From Macrostomum lignano (Eukaryota): DNA of 64,000 bases. The stretch is from NCBI GenBank assembly GCA_002269645.1, contig NIVC01000684.1, forward strand, positions 248,001 through 312,000. Reading direction: 5' to 3'. Position numbers and translations under genes: made by a program. Of the stretch, positions 38,045 to 51,121 are shown piece after piece (the first letter of the stretch is position 1; every line of letters starts with the position of its first letter). The notes beneath the pieces were generated by a model. It had not been told where the DNA came from. It made no database searches and worked only from the letters and a program-made list of their open reading frames with translations.

Positions 38045-38590
38045 AGCGCCCCTTCATCAGTCCTTGAATCAGCCTCTCCGCCCCTTCATCAGTCCTTGAA
38101 TCAGCCTCTCCGCCCCTTCATCAGCCCTTGAATCAGCCTCTCCGCTCCTGCATCAGTCCTTGAATCAGCCTCTCCGCCCCTTCATCAGTCCTTGAATCAG
38201 CCTCTCCGCTCCTGCATCAGTCCTTGAATCAGCCTCTCCGCCCCTTCATCAGTCCTTGAATCAGCCTCTCCGCCCCTTCATCAGTCCTTGAATCAGCCTC
38301 TCCGCCCCTTCATCAGTCCTTGAATCAGCCTCTCCGCTCCTGCATCAGTCCTTGAATCAGCCTCTCCGCCCCTTCATCAGTCCTTGAATCAGCCTCTGTG
38401 CTCCTTCATCAGTCCTTGAATCAGCCTCTCCGCTCCTTCATCAGTCCTTGAATCAGCCTCTGTGCTCCTTCATCAGTTCTTGAATCAGCCTCTCCGCTCC
38501 TTCATCAGTCCTTGACTCAGCCTCTCCGCTCCTTCATCAGTCCTTGAATCAGCCTCTGTGCTATGCTACCTGCATCAGTCCTCGAATCTC
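38045..38590. repeat. 32-bp minisatellite (tcagtccttgaatcagcctctccgccccttca)
   Basis: About 17 copies just downstream of the DAGLA stop. Confidence 0.96.
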
Positions 38591-39119
38591 GCTTTAAAAA
38601 TAATATAGTCACAAAAACAATACAAAGAAAACAACAACTTTCAAAACCTTTTATTATTTTTTCTTTCAAACTTTGCGATTGTCTCATCGAATTTTCAAAG
38701 CAGATTTTTCTATTGATGCAGTTTTCTGCCTAAAAAATGTGCATGCTTGATCTAGTCACAAAAAGTTTAAAGTGGAATCATGTGTGTTATTTTCCTGTTT
38801 ACTACCGAATTGAAACTGCAGTTGATAATTTTATCGGAACATGACGTTTTATGTCTTTACAGTATTTTCTCAATTGTTTAAATGATTTTGATTGCAGAAC
38901 AGACATTTTATTTTGTTTTTATGTGGTCAAATGTCATTTATAATGCGTGAAATTTCTTATATAAAAGCGGTAGATTGTTTGTTAAATAAATAAATGGCAT
39001 CTTGATGTAGCATATTTAAACTGTTTTATTGCTTCAGGACTACTTAATAAGAAGAAGACTATAAATTTTAGTGACATTTGAGACAAATATTACAGAGCAA
39101 TTCTACACAACAAAGTCGC

Positions 39120-40060
39120 CCATTTTACACCCTCAGAATTACCCATTTTACACCCTCAGAATTACCCATTTTACACCCTCAGAATTACCCATTTTACACC
39201 CTCATAATTACCCATTTTACACCCTCAGAATTACCCATTTACACCCTCAGAATTACCCATTTTACACCCTCAGAATTACCCATTTACACCCTCAGAATTA
39301 CCCATTTTACACCCTCAGAATTACCCATTTTACACCCTCATAATTACCTATTTTACACCCTCAGAATTACCCATTTTACACCCTCATAATTACCTATTTT
39401 ACACCCTCAGAATTACCCATTTTACACCCTCAGAATTAGCCATTTTACACCCTCAGAATTACCCATTTTACACCCTCATAATTACCCATTTTACACCCTC
39501 AGAATTAGCCATTTTACATCCTCATAATTACCCATTTTACACCCTCAGAATTACCCATTTTACACCCTCAGAATTACCCATTTTACACCCTCAGAATTAC
39601 CCATTTTACACCCTCAGAATTACCCATTTACACCCTCAGAATTACCCATTTTACACCCTCAGAATTACCCATTTTACACCCTCATAATTACCCATTTAAC
39701 ACCCTCAGAATTAGCCATTTTACATCCTCATAATTACCCATTTTACACCCTCAGAATTACCCATTTTACACCCTCAGAATTACCCATTTTACACCCTCAG
39801 AATTACCCATTTTACACCCTCAGAATTACCCATTTTACACCCTCAGAATTACCCATTTTACACCCTCAGAATTACCCATTTTACAACATCAGAATTACCC
39901 ATTTTACACCCTCAGAATTACCCATTTTACACCCTCAGAATTACCCATTTTACACCCTCAGAATTACCCATTTTACAACATCAGAATTACCCATTTTACA
40001 CCCTCAGAATCGGCCATTTACATCCTCAAAACTGGTCATTTTACACCCTCAGAATCAACA
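39120..40060. repeat. 23-bp minisatellite (cccattttacaccctcagaatta)
   Basis: About 40 copies. Confidence 0.97.
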
Positions 40061-40599
40061 ATTTTACACCCTGAGAAACAGCCAATAAAATCGTCCATTT
40101 TAAGTCTTTTACTCGCAGATTTCTTAAAAAATTAAACATTTTCCGAAAATTGGTTGCTCTGCCTACTGATTAGTTTTTATGAGTAGACTGTCTGTCTTTT
40201 GCTATATATTTTATATATTGACAGGATAAGATTATATTTCGTATTTCACAAGCAAGTTAGCAAATTTAATCTATTTTTATAGCATGCATTGCACTACTGC
40301 ATAAGTAGTGCACATGTATATTGTTGTTTCAAGTGTTTATTCGTATTTATTTTTTTAGAATGCGCTTCCATAAAAATATTGTACCAAATAAATATTTCAC
40401 TTTGTTTGCTATAATTAATGGTTGTACGAGTATTGTATTTAAGTTCAAGTGCCTCAGTTTTAAAAGAAATTAATAGCTTCTTAGTTTGCACGACTGCAAG
40501 AAATACACAGTTGAATTTTTTTCAAATTTTATATTGTAACTTTTAATGGCACTATGTACTCTTTATAGTTTTTGCTTTTAATGCTTTTTCAGGCTCAAC

Positions 40600-40930
40600 C
40601 AATCAGTCCCTCAACCCACCCTCAGAGAATCGCTCCTCAACCCACCCTCAGAGAATCGCCCCTCAACCCACCCTCAGAGAATCGCCCCTCAACCCACCCT
40701 CAGAGAATCGCCCCTCAACCCACACTCAGAGAATCGCCCCTCAACCAAACCTCAGAGAATCGCCCCTCAACCAAACCTCAGAGAATCGCCCCTCAACCCA
40801 CCCTCAGAGAATCGCCCCTCAACCCACACTCAGAGAATCGCCCCTCAACCAAACCTCAGAGAATCGCCCCTCAACCCACCCTCAGAGAATCGCCCCTCAA
40901 CCCACCCTCAGAGAATTGCCCCTTAACCCA
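40600..40930. repeat. 26-bp minisatellite (cagagaatcgcccctcaacccaccct)
   Basis: About 12 copies upstream of the NEK-A start. Confidence 0.95.
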
Positions 40931-41002
40931 CTAAACCAGTTTTAAAACTCGGCCATATGTATTTTTTTTCAGCGTCTTGCAGGCCATCAGTAAAATATAC
41001 AA

Positions 41003-44000
41003 ATGTCGTCTCCTTCGCCGCAGTCTAAAGCCGCTACTACTTCCAGTAGTAACATAGCAAACACAGTATCAGCCTCATCGAGCTGTCCTCAAAGCATTGT
41101 CAAATCGCTTTCACCGTTGAGTTTAGACGAATTCGAAATTGTGAGCAGTGCCGCATCAGACATTGTGGACAAGCTGCCAAATTGTCACGACAATGACCGC
41201 TTGATTCGTAGAAAATCAGATGGTAAATTGCTGGTATGGAAACGGATTCACTATGGCAGTATGGACGAGCAAGAGTTGAAGATGCTACTGTCTGAACTAA
41301 TGGTTGTCAGGCAAATACGTCATCCCAATATTGTAGAATATGTTGGCAGAATTGTTGACGAAGTGAAACAGGATGTGTACATTGTTAGCGAATATTGCGC
41401 TAACGGCGACTTGACTGGCGTTATTAAGAAGCACATTCGCGAAGGGTGAGCTCATTCACTGATTAAATTGCCCATTCACCAATTAGACTTTCATTTACAT
41501 GAGTTCACCAATTAGAATTCCCTATAATCACCAATTAAAATTCCATATATTCACCAATTAGAATTGCCCATTCACCAGTCAGAATTCCCTATATTCACCA
41601 ATTAGAATTCCCTACTGTATTCCCCAATTAGAATTCCCTATATTCACCAATTAGAATTGCCCATTAACCAGTCAGAATTCCCTATATTGGATGAACACTT
41701 AAAATCAGGACTTTCCGAGTTTAGGCCATAGACAGCGGCTGCTAGCTGCTATGATGCCAGAAACTTACTGAGATGCTCTCACACTCACTAGCTATCAGTT
41801 CTGCAGCAGCAAAACTAGCAGCTCAAACCCTAACAAGCCATGCAGTCACTTAACGAAGAGCAGCGCAGACGCCTGGTCGTACAGTACAAAACTGAGCACC
41901 CCGGACAGAGCAACCATGCCATTGCTAAGTACTTCGCTGAGGTTGGGGTGGCACGCTCCACAGTCTACGCCATTCTGAATCGTTACGAAGAAGGCGGCGA
42001 AGAATCTGTGCTGCGCAGTGCTGGTTCAGGCTGCCACAGGACGGAGCTCAAGGTCACGAACGCGGAAGTGAAGAACATAATGAAGGACGCGCAACGCAGC
42101 GGGAGATCGCGCGCAAGTTTGACATCAGCCAAGCTTATGTGGGGAAAATTCTTCAGGAAAATGGCCTGAAAGCTTATAAGAAGGAGAAAGTACCAGCGGT
42201 TACTGATCAGCAGCGAGAGAGACAGCAGGTGCGTGTTGGCAGACTGTACCGAACCATCTTGGACGGACGCGGAGGCGACTTGGATCTCGTCATCGATGAT
42301 GAGTCGTACTTCCACATGTCCAGCCAAACGATTCCTGGCAACAGCTTCTACTATGCCACTGCACGCGGCGACGCTCCTGTTGAGAAGCGCGTTTCACCTC
42401 AAAATAAGTTCGGCGACAAGATCCTGGTGTGGCTGGCCATCAGCAGGCACGGGGCTTCGCGAGTGTACATGTGTCACTCCAAGACGATGAACAAGGAGCT
42501 GTACGCAAACGAGTGCATTCGCAAGCGGCTGGTGCCATTTCTCAATGAGCAGCACAGCGATGGCAATTACCTGTTCTGGCCAGATCTGGCCTCCTGCCAT
42601 TACGCCAAGGACGTGATCGAGGTGTTCCAGCAGCTGGACATCAACTTTGTCTCGAAGGAGCAGAATCCTCCCTGCGTGCCTCACCTTCGTCCAATCGAGC
42701 ACTTTTGGGGCATTTTGAAGCAGCAGGTGTACCATCATAGTTGGCAGGCTCAGACACTTCAGCAGCTGGAGAACAGAATCAAGAAATGCCTGAGGGAGAT
42801 GGACTGGTCCGTTGTACATCACATGATGGGACAGGTCAAGTCGCAGATTCGCAGGGCGCGCGCTGATGGCTTTTAATCGGCTTATTGTTAACTCTATGAT
42901 GATTCCTGTTTCTTGTTGAATACTTCCCTGTTAAAAAGTTTGGTTATCCTGTTTATAACGCCACGAAATATAAACATTAAAGACGTCCAGATTTTAAGTG
43001 TTCACCCAGTATTCACTAATTAGAATTGCCCATATTCACCAACTATAATTTCCTATATTCACGAATTAGAATTCCCTACTGTATTCCCCAATTAGAATTC
43101 TCTGTAATCATCAATTAGAATTTTCCATACTCACCAATTAGAATTCCCTATATTCACGAATTAGAATTCCCTACTGTATTCCCCAATTAGAATTCTCTAT
43201 AATCATCAATTAGAATTTTCCATACTCATTAATTAGAATTCCCGGTATGCACCAACTAGAATTCTCTATAGTCACCAATCTGAATTCCCCATATGCACCA
43301 ATTAGAATTCCCCATATTCACAAAGTCCCAATCGCCCGTATCCCCGCCAGGAAGTACATCCCGGAGCAGCAGATCTGGAAGTGGCTGACGCAGCTGTCGC
43401 TGGCTCTCCGCTGCTGCCACTGTCGCCAAGGCGTGAAGGCAGTGCTGCACAGGGATCTGAAGCCGGCCAACTGCTTCCTGGACTCTGACGGCAACCTGAA
43501 GCTGGGCGACTTCGGCCTGGCCAGGGTGCTTCGCCACAGCGGCAGCTTCGCCAGCACCTTCGTTGGCACGCCGTACTACATGAGCCCGGAGCAGATGCAG
43601 AAGAGCGCCTACACTGAGAAGTCGGACATCTGGTCTCTGGGCATTGTGGCTTACGAATTGGCCTGTCTGAGGCCTCCGTTTGTGGCCGACAAGCAGAGGG
43701 ACCTGGCAACCAGAATTCGGCGAGGCGAGTTCGAACCTCCGCCTGATTGGTACAGTTTTAGTCTGTTTAATTTGTGATACTGCAGGTGTTTTATTCAATG
43801 TCAATTAAATTTTATGTAAATTTCTCTAAGTGTTGATGAGTGTCGTAGGTTGTTCAGTAGATAATTTAGGTTGTTTCAGTAGACGATTTAGGTTCTTTGA
43901 GTAGATCAGTTAGGTTGTTTAGACGATGGTTTAGACTGCAGTTTATAATTGACAATTTAGAGGTTAGAGTTAATTTAGATTGTTTCAGAAAGAGTTTTAG

Positions 44001-45185
44001 CCTAGTGCTTAAAGTGTCGGACTCACGACTTGAAAGTCGGGGGTTCGATTCTCGATCCACTCGGAACAATTTGTGTCCTTGAGCAAGACACTTAACTCTG
44101 CATTGCTTCAGTTCACCCAGCTGTAAAATGGGTGCCAGCAAGCATTAGCTGGGGTAATTGAGGGTGCGTATGGCGACCCCCCAGTCCTTGGACTGAATAG
44201 CCGTACTCAGTCCTCAGATGCGCCGCGCAATAGCTGCGGCTGAGCTGTCGGTTGCACATCTGGCCCAATTGGGGCAGAGGTAACAAATTAATATTATTAA
44301 TTAGTTGAGCTGATTTAATCACTCTCAAACGCTCGCCACTCCAGGTACAGCCCCGCGCTGCGCACCCTGATATCCGACTGCCTGTCTGTCAATCCCGATC
44401 ACCGACCAACCGTCGAAGATCTGCTACGCCGGCCGGAGATGCGCAACCGTTTGTCCGCCAACGAATCGACGCCTGAAGCCAGCCTTCGACATTGGTCAGA
44501 TCAGCTACGCGAGCTCACGGATCTGCTCACCGCCTGGCAAGATTCTTTGACTAGGCAGGAGGTCGAACTGCGTCGACAAGAAGCGTCGCTAGCGTCGGCT
44601 GCCGCGGCCAGGCAGATGGAGCTGGAGAAACGCGAGGCTCGTCTGGACCGACTGGCTAAACAGCTGGACGAGCGGACCAAACAGCTGACTGAGCTGCAGG
44701 ACTGGCTGCGACATAGCGGCTTCACCACCTCTGCCGCTGGTGCTGCGACTTCTGCTACTTCAGTAACCACCGGCACCGACTCGTTCGGCAATAATGCCAT
44801 GCTGCTGCTCTCTAGCCACGATTCTCCACTTAACGATAAAACATTAATAAGCCAATCAAACAGAGTGCTAGTCGACATTGACAACAGTCCGCAGGCGGTT
44901 GTATCCACTACTACTACTAGTGCTATCGAGCGAGGTCGTAACTCGTCTACACTTTCTAACAATCCTACTATTAGTAGTTTTGTAGTAGTAGACGATAAAA
45001 ATGAAGAATTTGAGAACACTCTACCGGTACCGTCGATTTCTACGGATGCGATTTTGTCGCCTTGTACGGCGGCGGTGGCGACCGAGGATCTGTTGGTGCC
45101 GAGAATACCTGTGCGTTCGCCGCCTGTACCGTTGCCAAGGAAGTCAAGGATGCAGCAACTGCAGCAGAGAGCGGCTGACTGCTAA
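41003..45185 (+). CDS. NEK2: NEK2-like kinase paralog A (Gly-rich loop degenerate). Exons: 41003-41445, 43351-43749, 44345-45185
   Basis: [63 protein letters not shown], then a coiled coil; junctions are GT-AG and in phase. Confidence 0.88.
41470..43320. repeat. ~22-bp minisatellite (attagaattccctatattcacc) split by the Tc1-like insertion (41470-41686 and 43010-43320)
   Basis: The same unit occurs on both sides; removing the element restores cccta-TA-ttcac. Confidence 0.9.
41687..43009 (+). mobile_element. Tc1/mariner superfamily DD37E transposon (1323 bp) with one frameshift in the transposase
   Basis: TA TSD; ~25-bp TIRs (ttggatgaacacttaaaatcaggac vs revcomp ctgggtgaacacttaaaatctggac); VIDDESYF, FWPDLASCHY and HLRPIE with 37 residues between the second D and the E; HTH N-terminus split over ORFs 41840 and 42139. 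Confidence 0.93.
44001..44300 (+). mobile_element. CORE-type tRNA-SINE, full length
   Basis: As for 35222; lies in NEK-A intron 2. Confidence 0.88.
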
Positions 45186-45209
45186 AAACTGTTGACTGCT
45201 TAATCTACT

Positions 45210-45500
45210 AAGTGATGTCTACCCAACCCAACCTTCTAAGGTCTGTCTATGTAACCTGCTTAGGTCTATCTACCCAACCTACTAATGTCTGTCTACTGAA
45301 CCTACTTAGTTCTATCTACCCAACCTACCAAGGGCTATCACCCAACCTACCAAGGGCTATCACCCAATCTACCAAGGGCTATCACCCAATCTACCAAGGG
45401 CTATCACCCAATCTACCAAGGGCTATCACCCAACCTACGAAGGGATATCACCCAACCTAATAACGTCTATCTACCAAACCCACTAAGGTTTGTCTACCCA
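45210..45500. repeat. ~22-bp minisatellite (ctatcacccaatctaccaaggg)
   Basis: Starts ~25 bp after the NEK-A stop. Confidence 0.85.
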
Positions 45501-46279
45501 ACCTACTAAGCACCGTAAACCTACATGTACCTCTAAATTTATGTTAAACTGATTCGGTATTTCTGTCGCTTGTCCCCATGGTATGGCTGGCTTTTTTATC
45601 ATTTAAAGCTCGTCTAAAAAAAGCGTATGTGTTTTAATTCTATTTTATGATATTTCAGTTGCACGTTAGTCATTCGCTTTAAGTTAAATCGAAAATTAAA
45701 AAAAAATGTATACAGTCTTTTAGTAGCCTTGGCTGCTAAAACTTGTACTTTTAACTACATATATGTGCGTGCTTAAATACAGCGTTTTGTGGTGACCTAG
45801 CTAGTTGAATTAATATTTTTTCAACAATTTTTCTCGAAATGTTGTGCATTTTGTATTTATATCCGCTTCCTACTACTGCTAGAGCGAATTGTGTGCTAAT
45901 TTTTTTTCATGCAATCATTTTAATTTGCTACGAAAAAAAACTTTTAGCATTTCACTATTGCAATTTGGTTGAACTTATTTTACATTACGTACGGTTTTTG
46001 CTGTTTATTGCGTGTTTCTTGTAATTTTATGGACACTTTTCAATCATGTTGCTGTGTGTCAATAAAAATTTATAAATTTCTACCGATAATTTTGTTTTTG
46101 CAATAATTAATTAACAAATTGAATTAGGTGTTTTTTTCGCAATTTAGAATGATTTTTATCATTTATCATGCTAAGCCTAAAAATATATGTAACTTTCTGT
46201 GCACAAATTTATTACTTTTATAAGAAATATATTTGTTTAAAGTTTTCTTTTCAAAAGTTTTCGAATAGAAAATCTATTT

Positions 46280-47440
46280 TAGAAAGGCTATCTTAGAAAG
46301 GCTATCATAGAAAGGCTATCTTAGAAAGGCTATCTTAAAAAGGCTATCATAAAAAGGCTATCTTAGAAAGGCTATCTTAGAAAGGCCATCTTAGAAAAGC
46401 TGTCTTAGAAAGGCTATCTTAGAAAGGCTATCTTAGAAAAGCTATCTTAGAAAGGCTATCTTAAAAAGGCTATCTTAGAAAAGCTATCTTAGAAAAGCTA
46501 TCATGTAATGGCTATTTTAGAAAGGCTATCTTAGAAAAGCTATCTTAGAAAGGCTATCTTAAAAAGGCTATCTTAGAAAAGCTATCTTAGAAAAGCTATC
46601 ATGTAATGGCTATTTTAGAAAGGCTATCTTGGAAAAGTATTTCAGAAAGGCAATCATTGAAAGGCTATCATAGAAAGGCTATCTTAGAAAGTCTATCTTA
46701 GAAAAGCTATCTTAGAAAGGCTATCTTAGAAAGGCTATCTTAGAAAAGCTATCTTAGAAAGGCTATCTTAAAAAGGCTATCTTAGAAAGGCTATCTTAGA
46801 AAAGCTATCTTAAAAAGCTAGCTATCATGTAATGGCTATTTTAGAAAGGCTATCTTGGAAAAGTATTTCAGAAAGGCTATCATTGAAAGGCTATCATAGA
46901 AAGGCTATCTTAGAAAAGCTATCATGTAATGGCTATTTTAGAAAGGCTATTGTAGAAAAGCTATCATGTAATGGCTTTTTTAGAAAGGCTATCTTGGAAA
47001 AGTATTTCAGAAAGGCTATCATTGAAAGGCTATCATAGAAAGGCTATCTTAGAAAAGCTATCATGTAATGGCTATTTTAGAAAGGCTATCTTAAAAAGGC
47101 TATCTTAGAAAGGCCATCTTAGAAAGGCCATCTTAAAAAGGCTATCATTAAAAGGCTATCTTAGAAAGGCTATCTTAGAAAGGCTATCTTAGAAAAGCTA
47201 TCTTAGAAAGGCTATCTTAGAAAGGCTATCTTAGAAAAGCTATCTTAGAAAGGCTATCTTAGAAAGGCTATCTTAGAAAAGCTATCTTAAAAAGCTAGCT
47301 ATCATGTAATGGCTATTTTAGAAAGGCTATTGTAGAAAAGCTATCATGTAATGGCTATTTTAGAAAGACTATCTTGGAAAAATATTTCAGAAAGGCTATC
47401 ATTGAAAGGCTATCATAGAATAGCTATTTTAGAAAAGCTA
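46280..47440. repeat. 14-bp minisatellite (agaaaggctatctt) with higher-order blocks
   Basis: Direct array upstream of NEK-B. Confidence 0.96.
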
Positions 47441-47559
47441 GGAGGCAAGTTAAAATATTTAGGTTGTTTAAGAGAATCTTAATAGTTTTCAATCTAATAA
47501 TATTAATACATAAATATCAACTTTATGTGTAATCCTGTGGCCATATTAAATTATTATTA

Positions 47560-50500
47560 ATGTCGGGCAATACGAGCGGCAGTGGCGGCAGCAGCGGCGG
47601 CTGCAGCCTGTCAGACTATGACGTACTGTGCGAGATCGGCACCGGCTCATACGGCACTTGCGCTAAAATTCGACGCAAACGCGACGGTCTTATTCTAGTA
47701 TGGAAAGAATTAAGCTACGTCACTATGACCGAAGCTGAGAAGCGCTACCTCTGCTCCGAGGTGAACCTATTAAAGAGTTTGAGTCATCCTAATATTGTCA
47801 AATACGTTGACCGAATACACGATCGCGCTACTGGAAAGGTGTACATCATTATGGAGTATTGCGACGGCGGCGACTTGTTGAAGAGGATTCGAGCGCATCG
47901 AGAGAAAAAGTCAGTAATCCTTTATTAACTTTAGCTACTTTAAGTAGGCATAAATGCTAGCTTTTGCTACTTTCTTTTAAAATAAGTCACGTAGATACCG
48001 TAGGCTATTAGGTAGATAGAATCTGGTGAACTGGATAGACAACCTTAGTAGAACTTCCCTTGAGTAGGTTGGGTAGACAACCCTTAGTAGTGTGGGTAGA
48101 TAAGCCTTAGTAGATTGGGTAGATACCCTAGTAGAGAAACTTTAGTAGCTGGGTAGACACCCCTTAGTAAATTGGGTAGAGACCCATTAGCAGGCTGAGT
48201 AGACAACTTTGTGTAGGCTGGGTTGGGTAGACAACCCTTAGTAGTGTGGGTAGACAACTCTGAGTAGGTTAGGTAGATACCCTAGTAGAGAAACTTTAGT
48301 AGGTTGGGTAGACTCCCTTAAGTAGGTTGGATAGACAACCCTTAGTAGTGTGGGCAGATAACCCTGGATAGGTTGGGTAGACACCCTTAGTAGTGTGGGC
48401 AGATAACCATGGATAGGTTGGGTAGACACCCTTAGTAGTGTGGGCAGATAACCCTGGATAGGTTGGGTAGACACCCTTAGTAGTGTGGGCAGATAACCAT
48501 GGATAGGTTGGGTAGACACACTTAGTAGTGTAGGCAGATAACCATGGATAGGTTGGGTAGACACCCTTAGTAGGTAGAAGTAGGTAGACGCTTCAAGTAG
48601 ATTGGGTAGATACAACTTAGTAGGTTGTATAGAGAGACCTTAGTAGGTTATAGGGTGGACATCCCGTAGTTGGTTGGGTGGACACCTTTTAATATAGGTG
48701 GGTGCTGACATGACTTTATTGGATTTGGTAGACTCTACCTTCGTAGCTAACCGGTAGAAACTTCATTCAGCTCTCTAATGCATTCCAATTTCTTAGATTG
48801 TCACAGGCGACAACCTACAAATTTTAATCCCAATCGCCCGTATCCCCGCCAGGAAGTACATCCCGGAGCAGCAGATCTGGAAGTGGCTGACGCAGCTGTC
48901 GTTGGCTCTCCGCTGCTGCCACTGTCGCCAAGGCGTGAAGGCGGTGCTGCACAGGGATCTGAAGCCGGCCAACTGCTTCTTGGACTCTGACGGCAACCTG
49001 AAGCTGGGCGACTTCGGCCTGGCCAGGGTGCTTCGCCACAGCGGCAGCTTCGCCAGCACCTTCGTTGGCACGCCGTACTACATGAGCCCGGAGCAGATGC
49101 AGAAGAGCGCCTACACTGAGAAGTCGGACATCTGGTCTCTGGGCATTGTGGCTTACGAATTGGCCTGTCTGAGACCTCCGTTTGTGGCCGACAAGCAGAG
49201 GGACCTGGCAACCAGAATTCGGCGAGGCGAGTTCGAACCTCCGCCTGATTGGTACGGTTTTAGTCTGTTTAATTTGTGATACTGCAGGTGTTTTTATTGA
49301 ATGTCAATTAAATTTTATGTAAATTTCTCTAAGTGTTGATGAGTGTCGTAGGTTGTTCAGTAGATAATTTAGGTTGTTTCAGTAGACGATTTAGGTTCTT
49401 TGAGTAGATCAGTTAGGTTGTTTAGACGATGGTTTAGACTGCAGTTTATAATTGACAATTTAGAGGTTAGAGTTAATTTAGATTGTTTCAGAAAGAGTTT
49501 TAGCCTAGTGCTTAAAGCTTCGGACTCACGACTTGAAAGTCGGGGCTTCGATTCGAATTCGAATTGGCCTGTCTGAGACCTCCGTTTGTGGCCGACAAGC
49601 AGAGGGACCTGGCAACCAGAATTCGGCGAGGCGAGTTCGAACCTCCGCCTGATTGGTACGCGGACCTGTTGGTTGTTAATTAATACCGTATAGCTTGCCA
49701 TTGGTTAGTTCATTGTGTCTAACAGGTAGGTTATTATGTCTATCAAGTAGCTCATTATGTCTTAAAAGTTGGTCATTATGTCCTACAGGTAGGTCATTAT
49801 GTCTAACAGGTAGCTCATTATATCTAACAGGTAGCTCATTATGTCTAACAGGTAGCTCATTATGTCTAACAAGTAGCTTATTATGTCTAACAAGTAGCTG
49901 ATTATGTCTAACAGGTAGCTTAGTGTCCAACTTAAGCTTATGTCCAACCGGTAGCATAATATGTCTAACAGGTAGCTTAATGTCCAACTTAAGCTTATGT
50001 CCAACCGGTAGCATAATATGTCTAACAGGTAGGTCATTATGTCTAACAGGTAGGTCATTATATCTAACAGGTAGGTCATTATGTCTAACAGGTAGGTCAT
50101 TAAGTCTAACAGGTAGGTCATTATGTCTAACAGGTAGCTCATTATGTCTTACATGTAGCCCAGGTAGATCAGTTAATCAAACATATGCATATAATTCAAG
50201 TAGAGTGACATTCAGTTCAATTAATCAATCTAGCATGTACACATTGATTAGTGTAGTCTAACATACAAATTACCAGTTGTAACAGTTAGTTTACGACATA
50301 GTCTACTGTCTGCAGCGAGCGATTAAGTTAGTGCTGTATTTACACACACATTAGGATAAGTCTTTGACACCGCAATGTAACGCTGCATAAAAATATCACT
50401 TTCTGCAGTTACAGTCCGGCCCTGCGAGCTCTCATTGCCGACTGTTTGGCAGTCACGCCGGAGCATCGGCCCAGCGTTGAGGACCTGCTCCAACGACCGG

Positions 50501-50890
50501 AAATGATTCCCTATTCGGGTTCCGGAGCGGAAGAATCCATTTCGCCGGAGCGCGGCAGTCTGCAGAGCTGGGCAGATTCCCTGGCTAAGCGCGAGTCCGC
50601 AGTTCGGCGCGCCAGCGCCCAGTTGGAATCGGCGCGACTCGATTTGAAAGCGCGCCAGCGCAGCCTGTCTGAATTGGAGGCGCGATTGGCGGCGCGCGAA
50701 CGAGCGCTGATTGACGTGGAACGAAAGCTGGCTAATGGCCAGGCACAGCTGCGGTTTGAGCAGCTCAGACTGGCTGAGTCCGCCGCGGTTCAGAGATTGG
50801 TGAGTCTGTTTCTCTGTCTGTCTGTCTGTCTGCCTGTCTGTCTTTCTGTCTGTCTGCCTGCCTGCCTGCCTGTCTGTCTGTCTGCCTGCC

Positions 50891-50923
<33 letters not shown>

Positions 50924-50955
50924 GCCTGTCTGTCTGTCTGTCTGTCTGTCAGTCA

Positions 50956-50997
<42 letters not shown>

Positions 50998-51088
50998 GTC
51001 TGTCTGTCTGTCTGTCTGTCTGTCTGCCTGTCTGTCTTTCTGTCTGTCTGCCTGCCTGCCTGCCTGCCTGTCTGTCTGTCTGCCTGCC

Positions 51089-51121
<33 letters not shown>

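Noticed and set aside
43256-43804. Long antisense ORFs over the NEK, DAGLA and transposase exons
   Set aside because: Shadow ORFs of GC-rich coding sequence, with no recognisable motifs.
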